64,000 bases of DNA, from assembly GCA_020696385.1 (NCBI GenBank), contig JAEHCQ010000005.1:27336-91335 (forward strand), given 5' to 3'. Source of the DNA: Methanobacteriota archaeon. Lineage in GTDB: Archaea > Thermoplasmatota > Thermoplasmata > SG8-5 > JAGLSY01. Of the stretch, positions 39,079 through 49,027 are shown in pieces. The position numbers and the translations under genes are program-made. The stretch's first letter is position 1. The number at the start of each line of letters is the position of its first letter. The notes below the pieces were generated by a model. The model saw nothing but the letters and a program-made list of their open reading frames with translations. It was not told the origin of the DNA and searched no databases.

Positions 39079-40920
39079 TCACTCGATTCTCATCATGACA
39101 TCGCCAGTTTTGACCATGTCACCTTCATTGGCGTAGATCTCTTTGACCTCACCATCGAAGTCCGATTCGATATTAGATTCCATTTTCATGACCTCGAGGA
39201 TAGCGACAACATCGCCCTTCTTGACCTTGTCACCGACCTTGACGGTCAGCTTCCAGAGATTTCCCTGGCATCCAGTCTTCTGCATTCCGATTGCATTTGG
39301 ATCAGGTCCGCCTGTTGCACATGGTGCTCCAGCGGCTCCACCAGCAGATGTGACGTAACCGCCTGTTGGCTCAACCTTTACCTCAAAGAAGTCTCCGTCA
39401 ACCTCGACATTGAACTCGGTTGGGATAGGTGCTGGTCCTGCGACAGTTCTTGCCTCTGGTGGTTCGGTCTCAAGGTAAACAGCTGGCAATTCGGGGAAGA
39501 AGGACTTCACCATGGCTCTGGTAGCATCATGATCCTTGTTGAGTGGAAGCTGGTCTGATGTGAATTCTGGTATAGCCTCACCCTTCAGGAATTTGAGCCC
39601 AACTTCAGGGAACAAAGTGTATGTCATTATGTTCTCGTCGGTCATATCGATACTTGGAGCAAGCTCTGCCAGTTCTTTCTTTCTGATATCCCACATGTCC
39701 TTTGCCACAAGGTCTGCCGGCCTGCAATCGATTACCTGATCTTTCCAATCAGGTCCGAGAACCAATTCCATGATCTCTGGTTTTATTGGTGCTGGTGATT
39801 TGCCATACATACCCTTACAGTAATCGATTGTCTCCTTGGGTATTTTCTTATATCTTCCGAAAAGAACGTTCATAACAGACTGGACTCCAACAACCTGACT
39901 CGTTGGTGTAACAAGTGGTGGGTATCCCATTTCCTCACGTACGCGGGCTGTTTCATCAAGAACATCATAATATTTGTCAGTCGCACCCTGCATTTCCAGC
40001 TGGCTGACCAGATTGGAAAGCATTCCACCTGGTATCTGATGTACCATAACGGATGGATCGACCTTCATAGCTTCCTGGCGTATCAGATGTCTGTATTTGT
40101 GCCAGATCTCCATGAAATATTTTCTGATCTCGATAAGCTGGTGCATATCGTATCCGGTGTCATATTTTGTGCCTTTAAGTGCAGCCACAACACTCTCTGT
40201 TGGAACTCCACCTGTCCCGCCAGATATAGGTGACATGGACGTGTCGAGCACATCGACGCCTGCCTCACAGGCTGCCCAATATGCCATACCAGTCATTCCA
40301 CTGGTGTAATGGCTGTGCAGATCGATAGGAGCTTTTGCTCCAGAATCCTTGTAACCCTTGATTATATCATATGCAACCTGTGGAGCTATCATTCCAGCCA
40401 TGTCCTTTATACAAACACTCTGGCAACCCCATTTGTCAAGCTGAATAAGATCTTGAACATACCTCTCCACAGTGTGAACCGGAGAGATCGTGTAGCTGAC
40501 ACATCCCTGTGCGTGACCTCCGACCTCCAATGTGGCCTCTATCGGGGTCTTCATGTTCCTAAGATCGTTCAGAGCATCGAATATACGGAAATAATCACAT
40601 CCATTCTTCTTTGCCAATCCGATGAACTTATGAACTACCTCATCAGGGAAATTCCAATATGCCACGATATTCATGGCTCTCTCAAGCATCTGTAGTTTTG
40701 TATTTGGCATGGCCTCTCGGAGAGCTCTCAAGCGCTCCCAGGGATCCTCATTAAGGAACCTTATCGGAACATCATATGTTGCTCCGCCCCATACTTCCAT
40801 GGACCAGAATCCTATCTCATCCATTTTCTGTGCTATTGGAAGCATGTCTTCCGTTCTCATTCTCGTTGCCAAAATAGATTGGTGCGCATCCCTCAGTGTC
40901 TGATCGTGTAGTTGTACCAT
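39079..40920 (-). CDS. pycB: Pyruvate carboxylase subunit B (carboxyltransferase plus biotin carrier)
   Basis: LRDAHQS, WGGATYD, IKDMAG, HSH, HQIPGGMLSN, LVTPTSQ, EVMKM. Confidence 0.93.
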   Translation of the reverse strand: MVQLHDQTLRDAHQSILATRMRTEDMLPIAQKMDEIGFWSMEVWGGATYDVPIRFLNEDPWERLRALREAMPNTKLQMLERAMNIVAYWNFPDEVVHKFIGLAKKNGCDYFRIFDALNDLRNMKTPIEATLEVGGHAQGCVSYTISPVHTVERYVQDLIQLDKWGCQSVCIKDMAGMIAPQVAYDIIKGYKDSGAKAPIDLHSHYTSGMTGMAYWAACEAGVDVLDTSMSPISGGTGGVPTESVVAALKGTKYDTGYDMHQLIEIRKYFMEIWHKYRHLIRQEAMKVDPSVMVHQIPGGMLSNLVSQLEMQGATDKYYDVLDETARVREEMGYPPLVTPTSQVVGVQSVMNVLFGRYKKIPKETIDYCKGMYGKSPAPIKPEIMELVLGPDWKDQVIDCRPADLVAKDMWDIRKKELAELAPSIDMTDENIMTYTLFPEVGLKFLKGEAIPEFTSDQLPLNKDHDATRAMVKSFFPELPAVYLETEPPEARTVAGPAPIPTEFNVEVDGDFFEVKVEPTGGYVTSAGGAAGAPCATGGPDPNAIGMQKTGCQGNLWKLTVKVGDKVKKGDVVAILEVMKMESNIESDFDGEVKEIYANEGDMVKTGDVMMRIE

Positions 40921-41101
40921 ATTACATACCTTCAGGTCTATTGTAAGTCCCCTATGGGGACCTTTCTGAACAGGGGCGTATCCATCATTGTATGTTTAAG
41001 CTTTTCTGTAATTATAATTATATATATGTGTGTAAAAATTATATGCATTTATTTATCGCACCTATGAAAAAGAATATAATACATTAACTTATTACAGAGG
41101 A

Positions 41102-41560
41102 TTGGTGGTAAGTATCTCATCAGAGGAGGAGAATGCAATTTTATCGGAGAAGATAGAGGCAGATGACGATCAGTCATTATGCCCCATGTGCGGAGCAGAT
41201 CTATCGATAGATGCGATAGAATGTCCGGAATGTGGTGAACCATTTTCCCCAGAGGCTTTCCATAAAGACCCAGAAGCGGAAAAGAAAAAGAAGACCAATA
41301 AGAAAATGTTCATAACGGGCGTTATCTTGGTCCTGATAGGCGGCCCAGGGGTATCTTTTGGTTCATGGTTGCATGATCTATTGCAGATCCCATTCCCATC
41401 AGGATACGATGCCTGGACTACCTTTGGATGGGTCAATAAAACAGTTGCCACTGTCGGAATTGTTATATTAGTGATTGGTATTATACTGCTGATATTATCC
41501 ATATCCAGGGAGAGGCCTGAGGATTTCGTAGAGGATCAAGAGCTCTACGGAGGAAACTAG
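41102..41560 (+). CDS. Zinc-ribbon membrane protein (paralog 1)
   Basis: CPMC..CPEC plus a two-TM module. Confidence 0.8.
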   Translation: MVVSISSEEENAILSEKIEADDDQSLCPMCGADLSIDAIECPECGEPFSPEAFHKDPEAEKKKKTNKKMFITGVILVLIGGPGVSFGSWLHDLLQIPFPSGYDAWTTFGWVNKTVATVGIVILVIGIILLILSISRERPEDFVEDQELYGGN

Positions 41561-41596
41561 GGAGAGGTTATTATTCCAGAAGACGAGACGAGTGAA

Positions 41597-43021
41597 ATGG
41601 AATATGCATGTCCAGTGTGCGGTGCAGGTGTTAGCGGAGACGCTACAGAATGTGCTAGCTGTGGTGAGAGTTTTGCCACAAATGGTTACACAGACGAGAT
41701 TGTCGCAAATGGCAATATCGGTGACGATACCACAGATGGCATTGACACGGACAGCATTGAGGGAGCAAGCGAGGAAGACTCTATGGCAGAGATATCTGCC
41801 ATAGATGATGAGTTGGCTGAGCTTGAAGATGATTCTGAATTTTCAGAAGAGGTCACTGTAGAGGAGACCTCCGAGTTAGAGATCCTTCCTGCAGATGATA
41901 TTGATGACCCAGATGAACTCTCCGTGGGCGACCAGGATGATCTTGAGATCCCGGAAGATGATGAGATAGCCCCTGACGACCTGGGTGAGTTACCTGTAGA
42001 CTATCTAGATAAGAATACCTGCGAGGGATGTGGAGCATCATTGGGTTCGGATGATGTCGCCTGTGAGAAATGTGGAGATGCAGTTGGTGAAGTTGCAGAA
42101 GGTGATGTATGTCCCAGCTGTGGCAGCAAGGACTACACACTCCAGAAGGGTGATCTAGTATCCTGCGATAATTGTGGTAATGTTTATATTCATGAGAACA
42201 AAATAGATGGCCCAGACAATAGCTGGAAATGGAAGTTCTGGGGAGGACTTATTCTCATTCTGGTCGGGGACTTTGGATTTGCCCTGGCATCATATTTGCA
42301 TAATGCTCTCAGATGGTCACCATTGGGTGACATGTATCTGGGATACGGATGGATGGACTCCATGCTCGGAGGATTAGGTGTGGTCATATTCATAGTAGGA
42401 CTTGTATTATTTGCCTGGTCCTTCAAAAGGGACAGAGAGGTCGATTGCCCAAGTTGTGGCGTCCACATAAAAGAGAGTGATCTTCTCCCAATACCAGACG
42501 AGGATGAGATCGAGCCAGAGGACGAGATTAAACTATCAGATGTGATGGGCGAGATAGAGGATGTCGCGGAATGCCCACAGTGTGGAGCACCTTCCACGAT
42601 ATTTGATATCGAATGCAGTGATTGTGGAGCTTTATTCGACACTGAAGAATTCGATGAGGATATAATCGAAGATGAATTCATGGAAGATGAGTTCACAGAT
42701 GACGTAATTTCTGAAACTATAATAGAAGAAGAAGTTGTAGAAGAAGAAATTGCAGAGATCGAGGAATTAACAGAAGAGCAGATGATAATTGACAGCCTGG
42801 AGCTCAAAGATGATTCCGCTCTGGAACCGGAAACGGAAATTCCACTCAATGGGAAAAGCCAAGAGGTCCTTGAGGAAATGGAATCCGAGCTTGAATTAGA
42901 TGAAGATGGACTTGACCTTGGCGAGGACTCAGGATATGAATGTCCTGAATGCAGTTCCGTAATTGACAAAGGCGCGAAAGAGTGTCCAGTATGTGGTAAT
43001 TCAATGGCAGGAGGTGAATGA
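41597..43021 (+). CDS. Acidic multi-zinc-ribbon membrane protein (paralog 2)
   Basis: Five 4-Cys ribbons plus one lone CxxC, D/E-rich linkers, two-TM module. Confidence 0.85.
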   Translation: MEYACPVCGAGVSGDATECASCGESFATNGYTDEIVANGNIGDDTTDGIDTDSIEGASEEDSMAEISAIDDELAELEDDSEFSEEVTVEETSELEILPADDIDDPDELSVGDQDDLEIPEDDEIAPDDLGELPVDYLDKNTCEGCGASLGSDDVACEKCGDAVGEVAEGDVCPSCGSKDYTLQKGDLVSCDNCGNVYIHENKIDGPDNSWKWKFWGGLILILVGDFGFALASYLHNALRWSPLGDMYLGYGWMDSMLGGLGVVIFIVGLVLFAWSFKRDREVDCPSCGVHIKESDLLPIPDEDEIEPEDEIKLSDVMGEIEDVAECPQCGAPSTIFDIECSDCGALFDTEEFDEDIIEDEFMEDEFTDDVISETIIEEEVVEEEIAEIEELTEEQMIIDSLELKDDSALEPETEIPLNGKSQEVLEEMESELELDEDGLDLGEDSGYECPECSSVIDKGAKECPVCGNSMAGGE

Positions 43022-46000
43022 TCATGGCTGGAGAAATGGAATCAAAGACATGCCCAGCATGTGGAGCCTTTGTTGACCAACACGACTCATCATGTTCAAT
43101 TTGTGGTGCTGCAATAGAGGAAGTATTTGATGCACCAGATGCTATTATAGAGCCAATACAGGATGAGATAGAATGCCCATCTTGCGGTGCTCATATAGCT
43201 GCTGGTTCAGAGAACTGTCCCATATGCGGAGATGACATTGACATAGTGATAGAAGAGGTCAAGGTAGAGGATGAGCCAGAGGAAGTTCATAATGAATGTC
43301 CTGAGTGTGGGGCATTGCAGGAAAATGGCTCGGACGAGTGTTTCCTATGCGGCGCAGAGATCCCAACAGTTCCTGTCGAGATCGATGAACCTATAGAGGA
43401 AGAAACTCCAGATACGGAAGCTCCTGGAGAGTCTCCGGAACTGGATGTACCAGAAGAAGCAGAGCCTGCCGAGGCGGAGATACTGGAAGACGTGCCGGAA
43501 GAAGCACCACAGGAAGAACACAATGAGTGTCCAGAGTGTGGAGCATTGCAGGAAAATGGTTCCGATGAATGCTTCCTGTGTGGTGCAGCCATTATCAAAA
43601 CAGTTTCAATTTCAACAGAAGAAACAATAGAAGTTACTACAGAAGCAGAAATAGCTCCTGAAGAAGAGCTATTGGAAGAGGGTATCCCAGAGGAAGAGCC
43701 AGAAATAGAAATCGAAGAGGAAGCTCCTGTGGATATCGAGGAAACTGTAGAACCTGAGCCAGTAGAGGCAAAGATGGAAGAACCAGTTGAGGAAGAAGTT
43801 ATGGAAACCGAGACCATAACAGAACCCACAGAGGAAGTTCATATTGAATGCCACGACTGCGGAGCTTCACTTGATACAGATGCGAAAGATTGTTTCCTAT
43901 GCGGCACAGTGGTTATCGCGGACGGAGGAGACGCTCTGGTTGAAGAAGCAGAGCCAGACATCATTGAGGAAGAGACCTTGGAAGAAGTTGAGACCATAGA
44001 GGAAGTCATTACAATTGAAGAGGAAACAATTGAAGAGGTCTTCATAGAATCAAATGACGACCTTCCACCGCTCGAGGCAGCCCCACCAGAGGATATCAGC
44101 GAGGAGGTCGAAGAGGTTGTGGACGATATCATCGAAGAAGAGGTTTCACAGCTTGCAGAGGATGAGATGCACTGTCCATCATGTTCAAGTATTATCAAAA
44201 AGGACAATGAGAAATGTACAGAATGTTGGACCGATCTCTCATTGTATATCAATTGCGGATCATGTGATTGCCCACTGCCAGTGGATTCCGAAACATGTCC
44301 AAATTGTTTCGCAGTGATCGAGCTTATCATCGAAGAGGAAGTTGTGGATGAATATACCCTGGAGCCCATGGAAGAAGTGGATGCTCTCATGGACATTGAC
44401 CTGGATGAGACCGAGGTCACAGCCGAACTGGAACAAGAGATGTCTATTCTGGACCAGGAAGATGAGGATGACAAAGAATGTCTTGTCTGTGGAGCTCATT
44501 TCGGCCCGGATGATGATGAGTATTGCCCGATATGTGGTGTCGAGTATGGTATTGAGATAGCCGAGGAGATAGAACCCGAGAAGGAATGGGATGGACTCGA
44601 AGCACTTGTGCAGCCAACAGCATATATCTGCCCAAGTTGTGGCGAGAAGGTCATTGGTCTTGATCGAACACCAAGAAAGGTAGAGGAAGAGACCTGGTTC
44701 TACAGAGGGATCATTACCATATTCATTGGAATATTCGCTACTTCATTTTCAGTATGGCTAAGAGGAATTGCCATGGAAAGCCAGGCGACTGGCGTAAGAG
44801 CGCCGCCTTTTGATATTGTCGCAGGCCTTGCGGGATGGGTATTGGTGCTTATCGGATTCACCTTCTGGTTCATATCATACAGGATCGGCCAGGAGCTCAT
44901 AGAATGCCCACAATGCAGTATCGAGGTCACACAGGATATGACCAACTGTATAAACTGCAACCTCACTCTGATCGAGCCTGAGGAAGGAGAGGATATCGAG
45001 CAGGAAGAAGAGAGAGAAGAATCCCTGCCAGAAGATGCTGACATGGAGGCCTTCACGGAACAGATCCTTGCAGATGAGGAATTCGAGGAAGAGATCATTG
45101 AGGAAGTGGAGCCAGAGCCAGCTATAGAGTTCACAGAAGAAGATGATCTTGACGTCATAGAGGATGAACTTGGACTCGACCTTCCCGAGGAATTGGGCGA
45201 TGAGCCTGAACTCGAAGAACCTGAAGATCTGGAGATCCCTGAAGAGGTAGAGCCTGAAATGGAAATTGAAGAAGAACCATTGATGGAAGAAGCTACACTT
45301 GATGAGGACATTCCAATTGAAGAGCCTTTGGCAGAAGAGCCAGAGATCACGATAGATGAACCGCTTACAGAGGATGATCTGTCTGCTTCTTTCGAGGTAG
45401 ATGAGCCAATTGAGGCTGAGCCTGAAATGGAAATTGAAGATGAAGCTCCACTTGAAGCAGAAATTGCAGATATCGAGGAAGTTGTAGAACCAGAGCCAGT
45501 GGAGGCAGATATAGAAGAACCTGCCGAAGCCGAAGTTCTGGAAGCTGAGCCAGCCATCATGGAGGAACCTATCGAGACAGAGTCCATCATGGAGGACACA
45601 ACAGAAGTTGAAGAGCACATCGAATGTGCAAGTTGTGGCGCATCCCTTGAAACTGGTTCAACAGACTGCTTCCTTTGTGGAGAGATCGTAGTTGCTGCAG
45701 CTCCAGAAACTGATGAATTACCTATCGAAGCAGATACTGACATCCCTGATGTGGATGACGATATGGGTGCAGAGCTTCCAACCGAGCATGAGGATCACAA
45801 GAAATGCCCAGGATGTGGAATATTCGTAGATCTGGATGCGGCAGAGTGTCCAGTATGTGACACACTATTCGATGAGGCTGATGTTCCACAGGAGAACGGC
45901 ATTGAGGTTCCAGTCATCGAGGCAGAGCCCGATATGAGCATTGAGGAATCCGCCGTTGTAGAGGCAGAGGAAGAAGAGCATATCGAGTGCTCGGAATGTG

Positions 46001-46185
46001 GGGCAAGTGTTGAATCAGATTCCACAGAATGCTTCCTATGTGGTGCCGAGCTTGCAGCTGTAGATGCAGAGGGACTTTCAGACATATCTGATGATGGAGA
46101 AGAGAAGAAAGAATGCCCCGCTTGCGGAGCAATAGTCGGATCCTCAGATATCATATGCCCAATATGCGATGAAGCTCTTGTGTGA
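43018..46185 (+). CDS. Giant hyperacidic poly-zinc-ribbon membrane protein (paralog 3)
   Basis: Thirteen 4-Cys ribbons plus one lone CxxC by manual count, E/D/P-rich linkers, two-TM module; ATGA overlap with the previous gene. Confidence 0.88.
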   Translation: MIMAGEMESKTCPACGAFVDQHDSSCSICGAAIEEVFDAPDAIIEPIQDEIECPSCGAHIAAGSENCPICGDDIDIVIEEVKVEDEPEEVHNECPECGALQENGSDECFLCGAEIPTVPVEIDEPIEEETPDTEAPGESPELDVPEEAEPAEAEILEDVPEEAPQEEHNECPECGALQENGSDECFLCGAAIIKTVSISTEETIEVTTEAEIAPEEELLEEGIPEEEPEIEIEEEAPVDIEETVEPEPVEAKMEEPVEEEVMETETITEPTEEVHIECHDCGASLDTDAKDCFLCGTVVIADGGDALVEEAEPDIIEEETLEEVETIEEVITIEEETIEEVFIESNDDLPPLEAAPPEDISEEVEEVVDDIIEEEVSQLAEDEMHCPSCSSIIKKDNEKCTECWTDLSLYINCGSCDCPLPVDSETCPNCFAVIELIIEEEVVDEYTLEPMEEVDALMDIDLDETEVTAELEQEMSILDQEDEDDKECLVCGAHFGPDDDEYCPICGVEYGIEIAEEIEPEKEWDGLEALVQPTAYICPSCGEKVIGLDRTPRKVEEETWFYRGIITIFIGIFATSFSVWLRGIAMESQATGVRAPPFDIVAGLAGWVLVLIGFTFWFISYRIGQELIECPQCSIEVTQDMTNCINCNLTLIEPEEGEDIEQEEEREESLPEDADMEAFTEQILADEEFEEEIIEEVEPEPAIEFTEEDDLDVIEDELGLDLPEELGDEPELEEPEDLEIPEEVEPEMEIEEEPLMEEATLDEDIPIEEPLAEEPEITIDEPLTEDDLSASFEVDEPIEAEPEMEIEDEAPLEAEIADIEEVVEPEPVEADIEEPAEAEVLEAEPAIMEEPIETESIMEDTTEVEEHIECASCGASLETGSTDCFLCGEIVVAAAPETDELPIEADTDIPDVDDDMGAELPTEHEDHKKCPGCGIFVDLDAAECPVCDTLFDEADVPQENGIEVPVIEAEPDMSIEESAVVEAEEEEHIECSECGASVESDSTECFLCGAELAAVDAEGLSDISDDGEEKKECPACGAIVGSSDIICPICDEALV

Positions 46186-46314
46186 ACTACCAGGCCATAA
46201 AAGACAGGAAGTTCCCATTCAAAGCCATTAGGCCAGCAAACTCATATCACAGCCCAGGATCACTCTGGTAAATTGAACATATCTTTTTATACCACCAGTT
46301 CTACGTCCGAACTG

Positions 46315-47142
46315 ATGGACACCCTATTGTTCCTGGTATCGGTTATAGGATTCTCTCCAGCTCTTGGAGTGGTATGGTATAGCCTCAGGAAGTACGACCA
46401 TCCTTATGTGAAAGGAACATGCTTCGATGATAGGCGAGTGTTCTTTCTTTTAGCCATTGGCATGGTGGCTGGTACCATCCTTCTCATGATGGAAAGGCTG
46501 GTTTACCCGCTCTTCAAGGTCCCGATGGACGACGGAACCGTATATTTCAGCCCCCTCTGGTTCGTCGTGTTCTATGTTGTCGCACTGGGGCTTGTGCACA
46601 CACTGACAAAATATGTGATACTGAACTTCCCCTCCATTCAGGGCAGGATAGATTCTCAGTTCTACGGTGTGTCACTTGGAGCCGGGATATCCGCAACCTG
46701 GATAGTTGGTTTCAGTTATATCCAGCTCACCGTGCAGGGTGGATCCAATGATATCGCGATCCTCACCTCACTGATATTGCTATCCTTGAACACAGCATTG
46801 ATACATGCGTCGGTTGGCGCAGTTCTCGGTGTAAGCACTGCGAATAATGAGGGGATGAGAGGCATCATAGGCGGCCTTGTTCCGCATTTGATATTCGGTA
46901 TGATGATGTTGCCATGGTTCTATTACGATGTCATCTGGTATACTCTTCTATTGGCAACACCCATCACCATCGTCATCTACAGAGAAGTTTATCTGAACAT
47001 AATTCCCAAGTCATTGCCTGAAGAGATCCAGCATGAGATCATGGAGAATAAGGCAAAGGCATTGAAAGCAAAAGAAGCTAAAGCAGAGGCAAAAGTAGAG
47101 ACTGAAGCTGAAGCTGAAACAGAATTGGAAGAAACAGAATAG
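46315..47142 (+). CDS. Multi-TM protein, PrsW-like
   Basis: About seven TMs; N-terminal P.....W......D..., G..LGAG, HA..G and H motifs; EExxK degenerate. Confidence 0.55.
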   Translation: MDTLLFLVSVIGFSPALGVVWYSLRKYDHPYVKGTCFDDRRVFFLLAIGMVAGTILLMMERLVYPLFKVPMDDGTVYFSPLWFVVFYVVALGLVHTLTKYVILNFPSIQGRIDSQFYGVSLGAGISATWIVGFSYIQLTVQGGSNDIAILTSLILLSLNTALIHASVGAVLGVSTANNEGMRGIIGGLVPHLIFGMMMLPWFYYDVIWYTLLLATPITIVIYREVYLNIIPKSLPEEIQHEIMENKAKALKAKEAKAEAKVETEAEAETELEETE

Positions 47143-47198
47143 TCTGGATGTCCTGGATCAAGATTTTTCTGTATCAAGATATTGGGTTTTAGAAATTA

Positions 47199-48128
47199 TC
47201 AGTGAGAGATATACATCCCGCAATTGCTCTTGATCTGATTTTCCTCAACTTCTCCAATGCTTAGCAATACCTCGAAACCCAGTGCTTCGAATTCATCGAT
47301 CAGCCTTTTCAAATTATGCTGATGTTCATGACCCTCCTCATCGATCAGACTTTCCAGCAGATTGGCCTTGGAATTGTTAGTTGGGTTGATAGGTGTCAGT
47401 TTGATCAGGAATTTGTCTGTTGGGAACATGTCCGCGATCTTATGGGGGCTGACGGGATATCCCTGAGCCATCGCAAAGTTAAGTGTCACTTTGCGGTCAC
47501 CCTCTTTGCAGAACCTCTGGCCAAATTCAGATATCTGCTCCAGGCTCATTTTATTGATTGGCATGAGCTCATCACGCTTTTCATCATCGGTCGTGTGGAT
47601 GGAGAATTGCATCTGAAACTTGCCATCGGGATAAAGCTCGTCCTTGATCTCCAATAGCTCTTCGAAGAAGGGCCAGGCTCCTGCTGGAGCCACAGTCGAT
47701 ATGCACGGCAGAAGCCCGGGAGCATCCAGATGTTCCGGCAGCATTCTGAGAGTCTGAAGCACATTCGGATTGAGGGCGGGCTCGCCCATTCTGGCAAATT
47801 GGATCTTGAACTTTGGGACAGGTACTTTGCCATCCGGAAATCGCGTTCTTATCAGATAATCGATCTGAGCCAGCATTTCCTCGGCTTCCAGTTTACCACT
47901 GTAATTACCACCCGCATCGCACATCCTACACCTCACCGGGCATCCGAATAGCGAGGAGATGATTATCACCCACTTCTCCTCCCTCGGGACAGGAGGCTGG
48001 ATGGATTCTGCGAATTCAACAAGATAGGGATCTTTCACATTTGAGCCAGCGGTATCTTCTTCCTCTCGGAATCTCGCGACATACACCTTGGCCAGTCCCT
48101 CATTGCCGTGCTCGGATATTATTTTCAT
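47199..48128 (-). CDS. RlmN/Cfr-like radical SAM protein, atypical
   Basis: SSLFGCPVRCRMC, ARMGEP, SIHT, LMPIN, C-terminal NCG. Confidence 0.85.
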   Translation of the reverse strand: MKIISEHGNEGLAKVYVARFREEEDTAGSNVKDPYLVEFAESIQPPVPREEKWVIIISSLFGCPVRCRMCDAGGNYSGKLEAEEMLAQIDYLIRTRFPDGKVPVPKFKIQFARMGEPALNPNVLQTLRMLPEHLDAPGLLPCISTVAPAGAWPFFEELLEIKDELYPDGKFQMQFSIHTTDDEKRDELMPINKMSLEQISEFGQRFCKEGDRKVTLNFAMAQGYPVSPHKIADMFPTDKFLIKLTPINPTNNSKANLLESLIDEEGHEHQHNLKRLIDEFEALGFEVLLSIGEVEENQIKSNCGMYISH

Positions 48129-49027
48129 ATGATATCCTCCTGATTATCCGAGATACTTTCCAGAAATTTCATAATGCCCATCGCGGCCTTGATACCGTCC
48201 CCGACAGCTATGCCCATTTGGCGATAACTGCCCTGCTGCACATCCCCCGCGATGTAGAGGCCCGGGAGTGCGTTCGCGCCCGTATCGCGTTGTAAGGGCA
48301 CGATTAACTCATCGGATGGTCGCCTTCCAATGGCGACCAGTACGATATCTGCTTTTATCTGCATGTGGGGGCATTTGATAACCAGACGGCCTCCATGCAT
48401 CTCGAAGGAGGCCGGATTACAATCCTGGTATATCTGGATACTTGGATCATTCTCTGCCCTTTCATAAAGCAAGGGCAGGCATCTTGGCTTGTCGGATCTC
48501 ATCGCGATTCGAACACTGGCTCCCTTTTCGGAAAGATTGAGCGCATAGTCAAAGGCCGCGTCCCCGCCTCCGATGACAACCACTTCCTTCCCGGAAATAT
48601 TGTCTGGCAGGTCGGCTATCTCGTAAAAAAGATGCTTCCCCTCGATGATATCAGAGCCATCGAGGTCCAATTTGAGAGGAATAGTGCCAGTGGCGATAAT
48701 AACAGTGCGGGCATCCAGTTCCTTAGGTTCGGGGTCTTCCAAGCGCACGCGGAACCCGACATCATTCCTTTCGATGTCGGTCACTTCCGCCATCTCCACC
48801 TCGATATCCCATCTGGCAAGCTGGCCTTCCATCTCTTCCACCAGTTTCTTGCCAGGCAGTCCGTCAAAGCCAGGATAGTTCTCCACAAGGTGGGCATTAT
48901 GAAGAAGCCCACCAGTTCGCTTTCTCTCGAATATCTTGAATTTAATTCCCGCTCGTTTTAGAAAGACCGCGGCGGATATTCCAGCCGGGCCAGCACCCAC
49001 GATAATGGTGTCCAAGCTCTCGGTCAT
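48125..49027 (-). CDS. Thioredoxin-reductase-like FAD/NAD(P) oxidoreductase without CxxC
   Basis: GAGPAG, VENYPGF, IATG, GGGDAA, AGDV; FYEIA at the usual CxxC position. Confidence 0.85.
   Translation of the reverse strand: MTESLDTIIVGAGPAGISAAVFLKRAGIKFKIFERKRTGGLLHNAHLVENYPGFDGLPGKKLVEEMEGQLARWDIEVEMAEVTDIERNDVGFRVRLEDPEPKELDARTVIIATGTIPLKLDLDGSDIIEGKHLFYEIADLPDNISGKEVVVIGGGDAAFDYALNLSEKGASVRIAMRSDKPRCLPLLYERAENDPSIQIYQDCNPASFEMHGGRLVIKCPHMQIKADIVLVAIGRRPSDELIVPLQRDTGANALPGLYIAGDVQQGSYRQMGIAVGDGIKAAMGIMKFLESISDNQEDII

Noticed and set aside
44700-45743. Long Ser-rich minus-strand ORFs (also 42190-42969, 43287-43829, 43839-44474)
   Set aside because: Antisense shadows of Glu/Asp-rich coding sequence.
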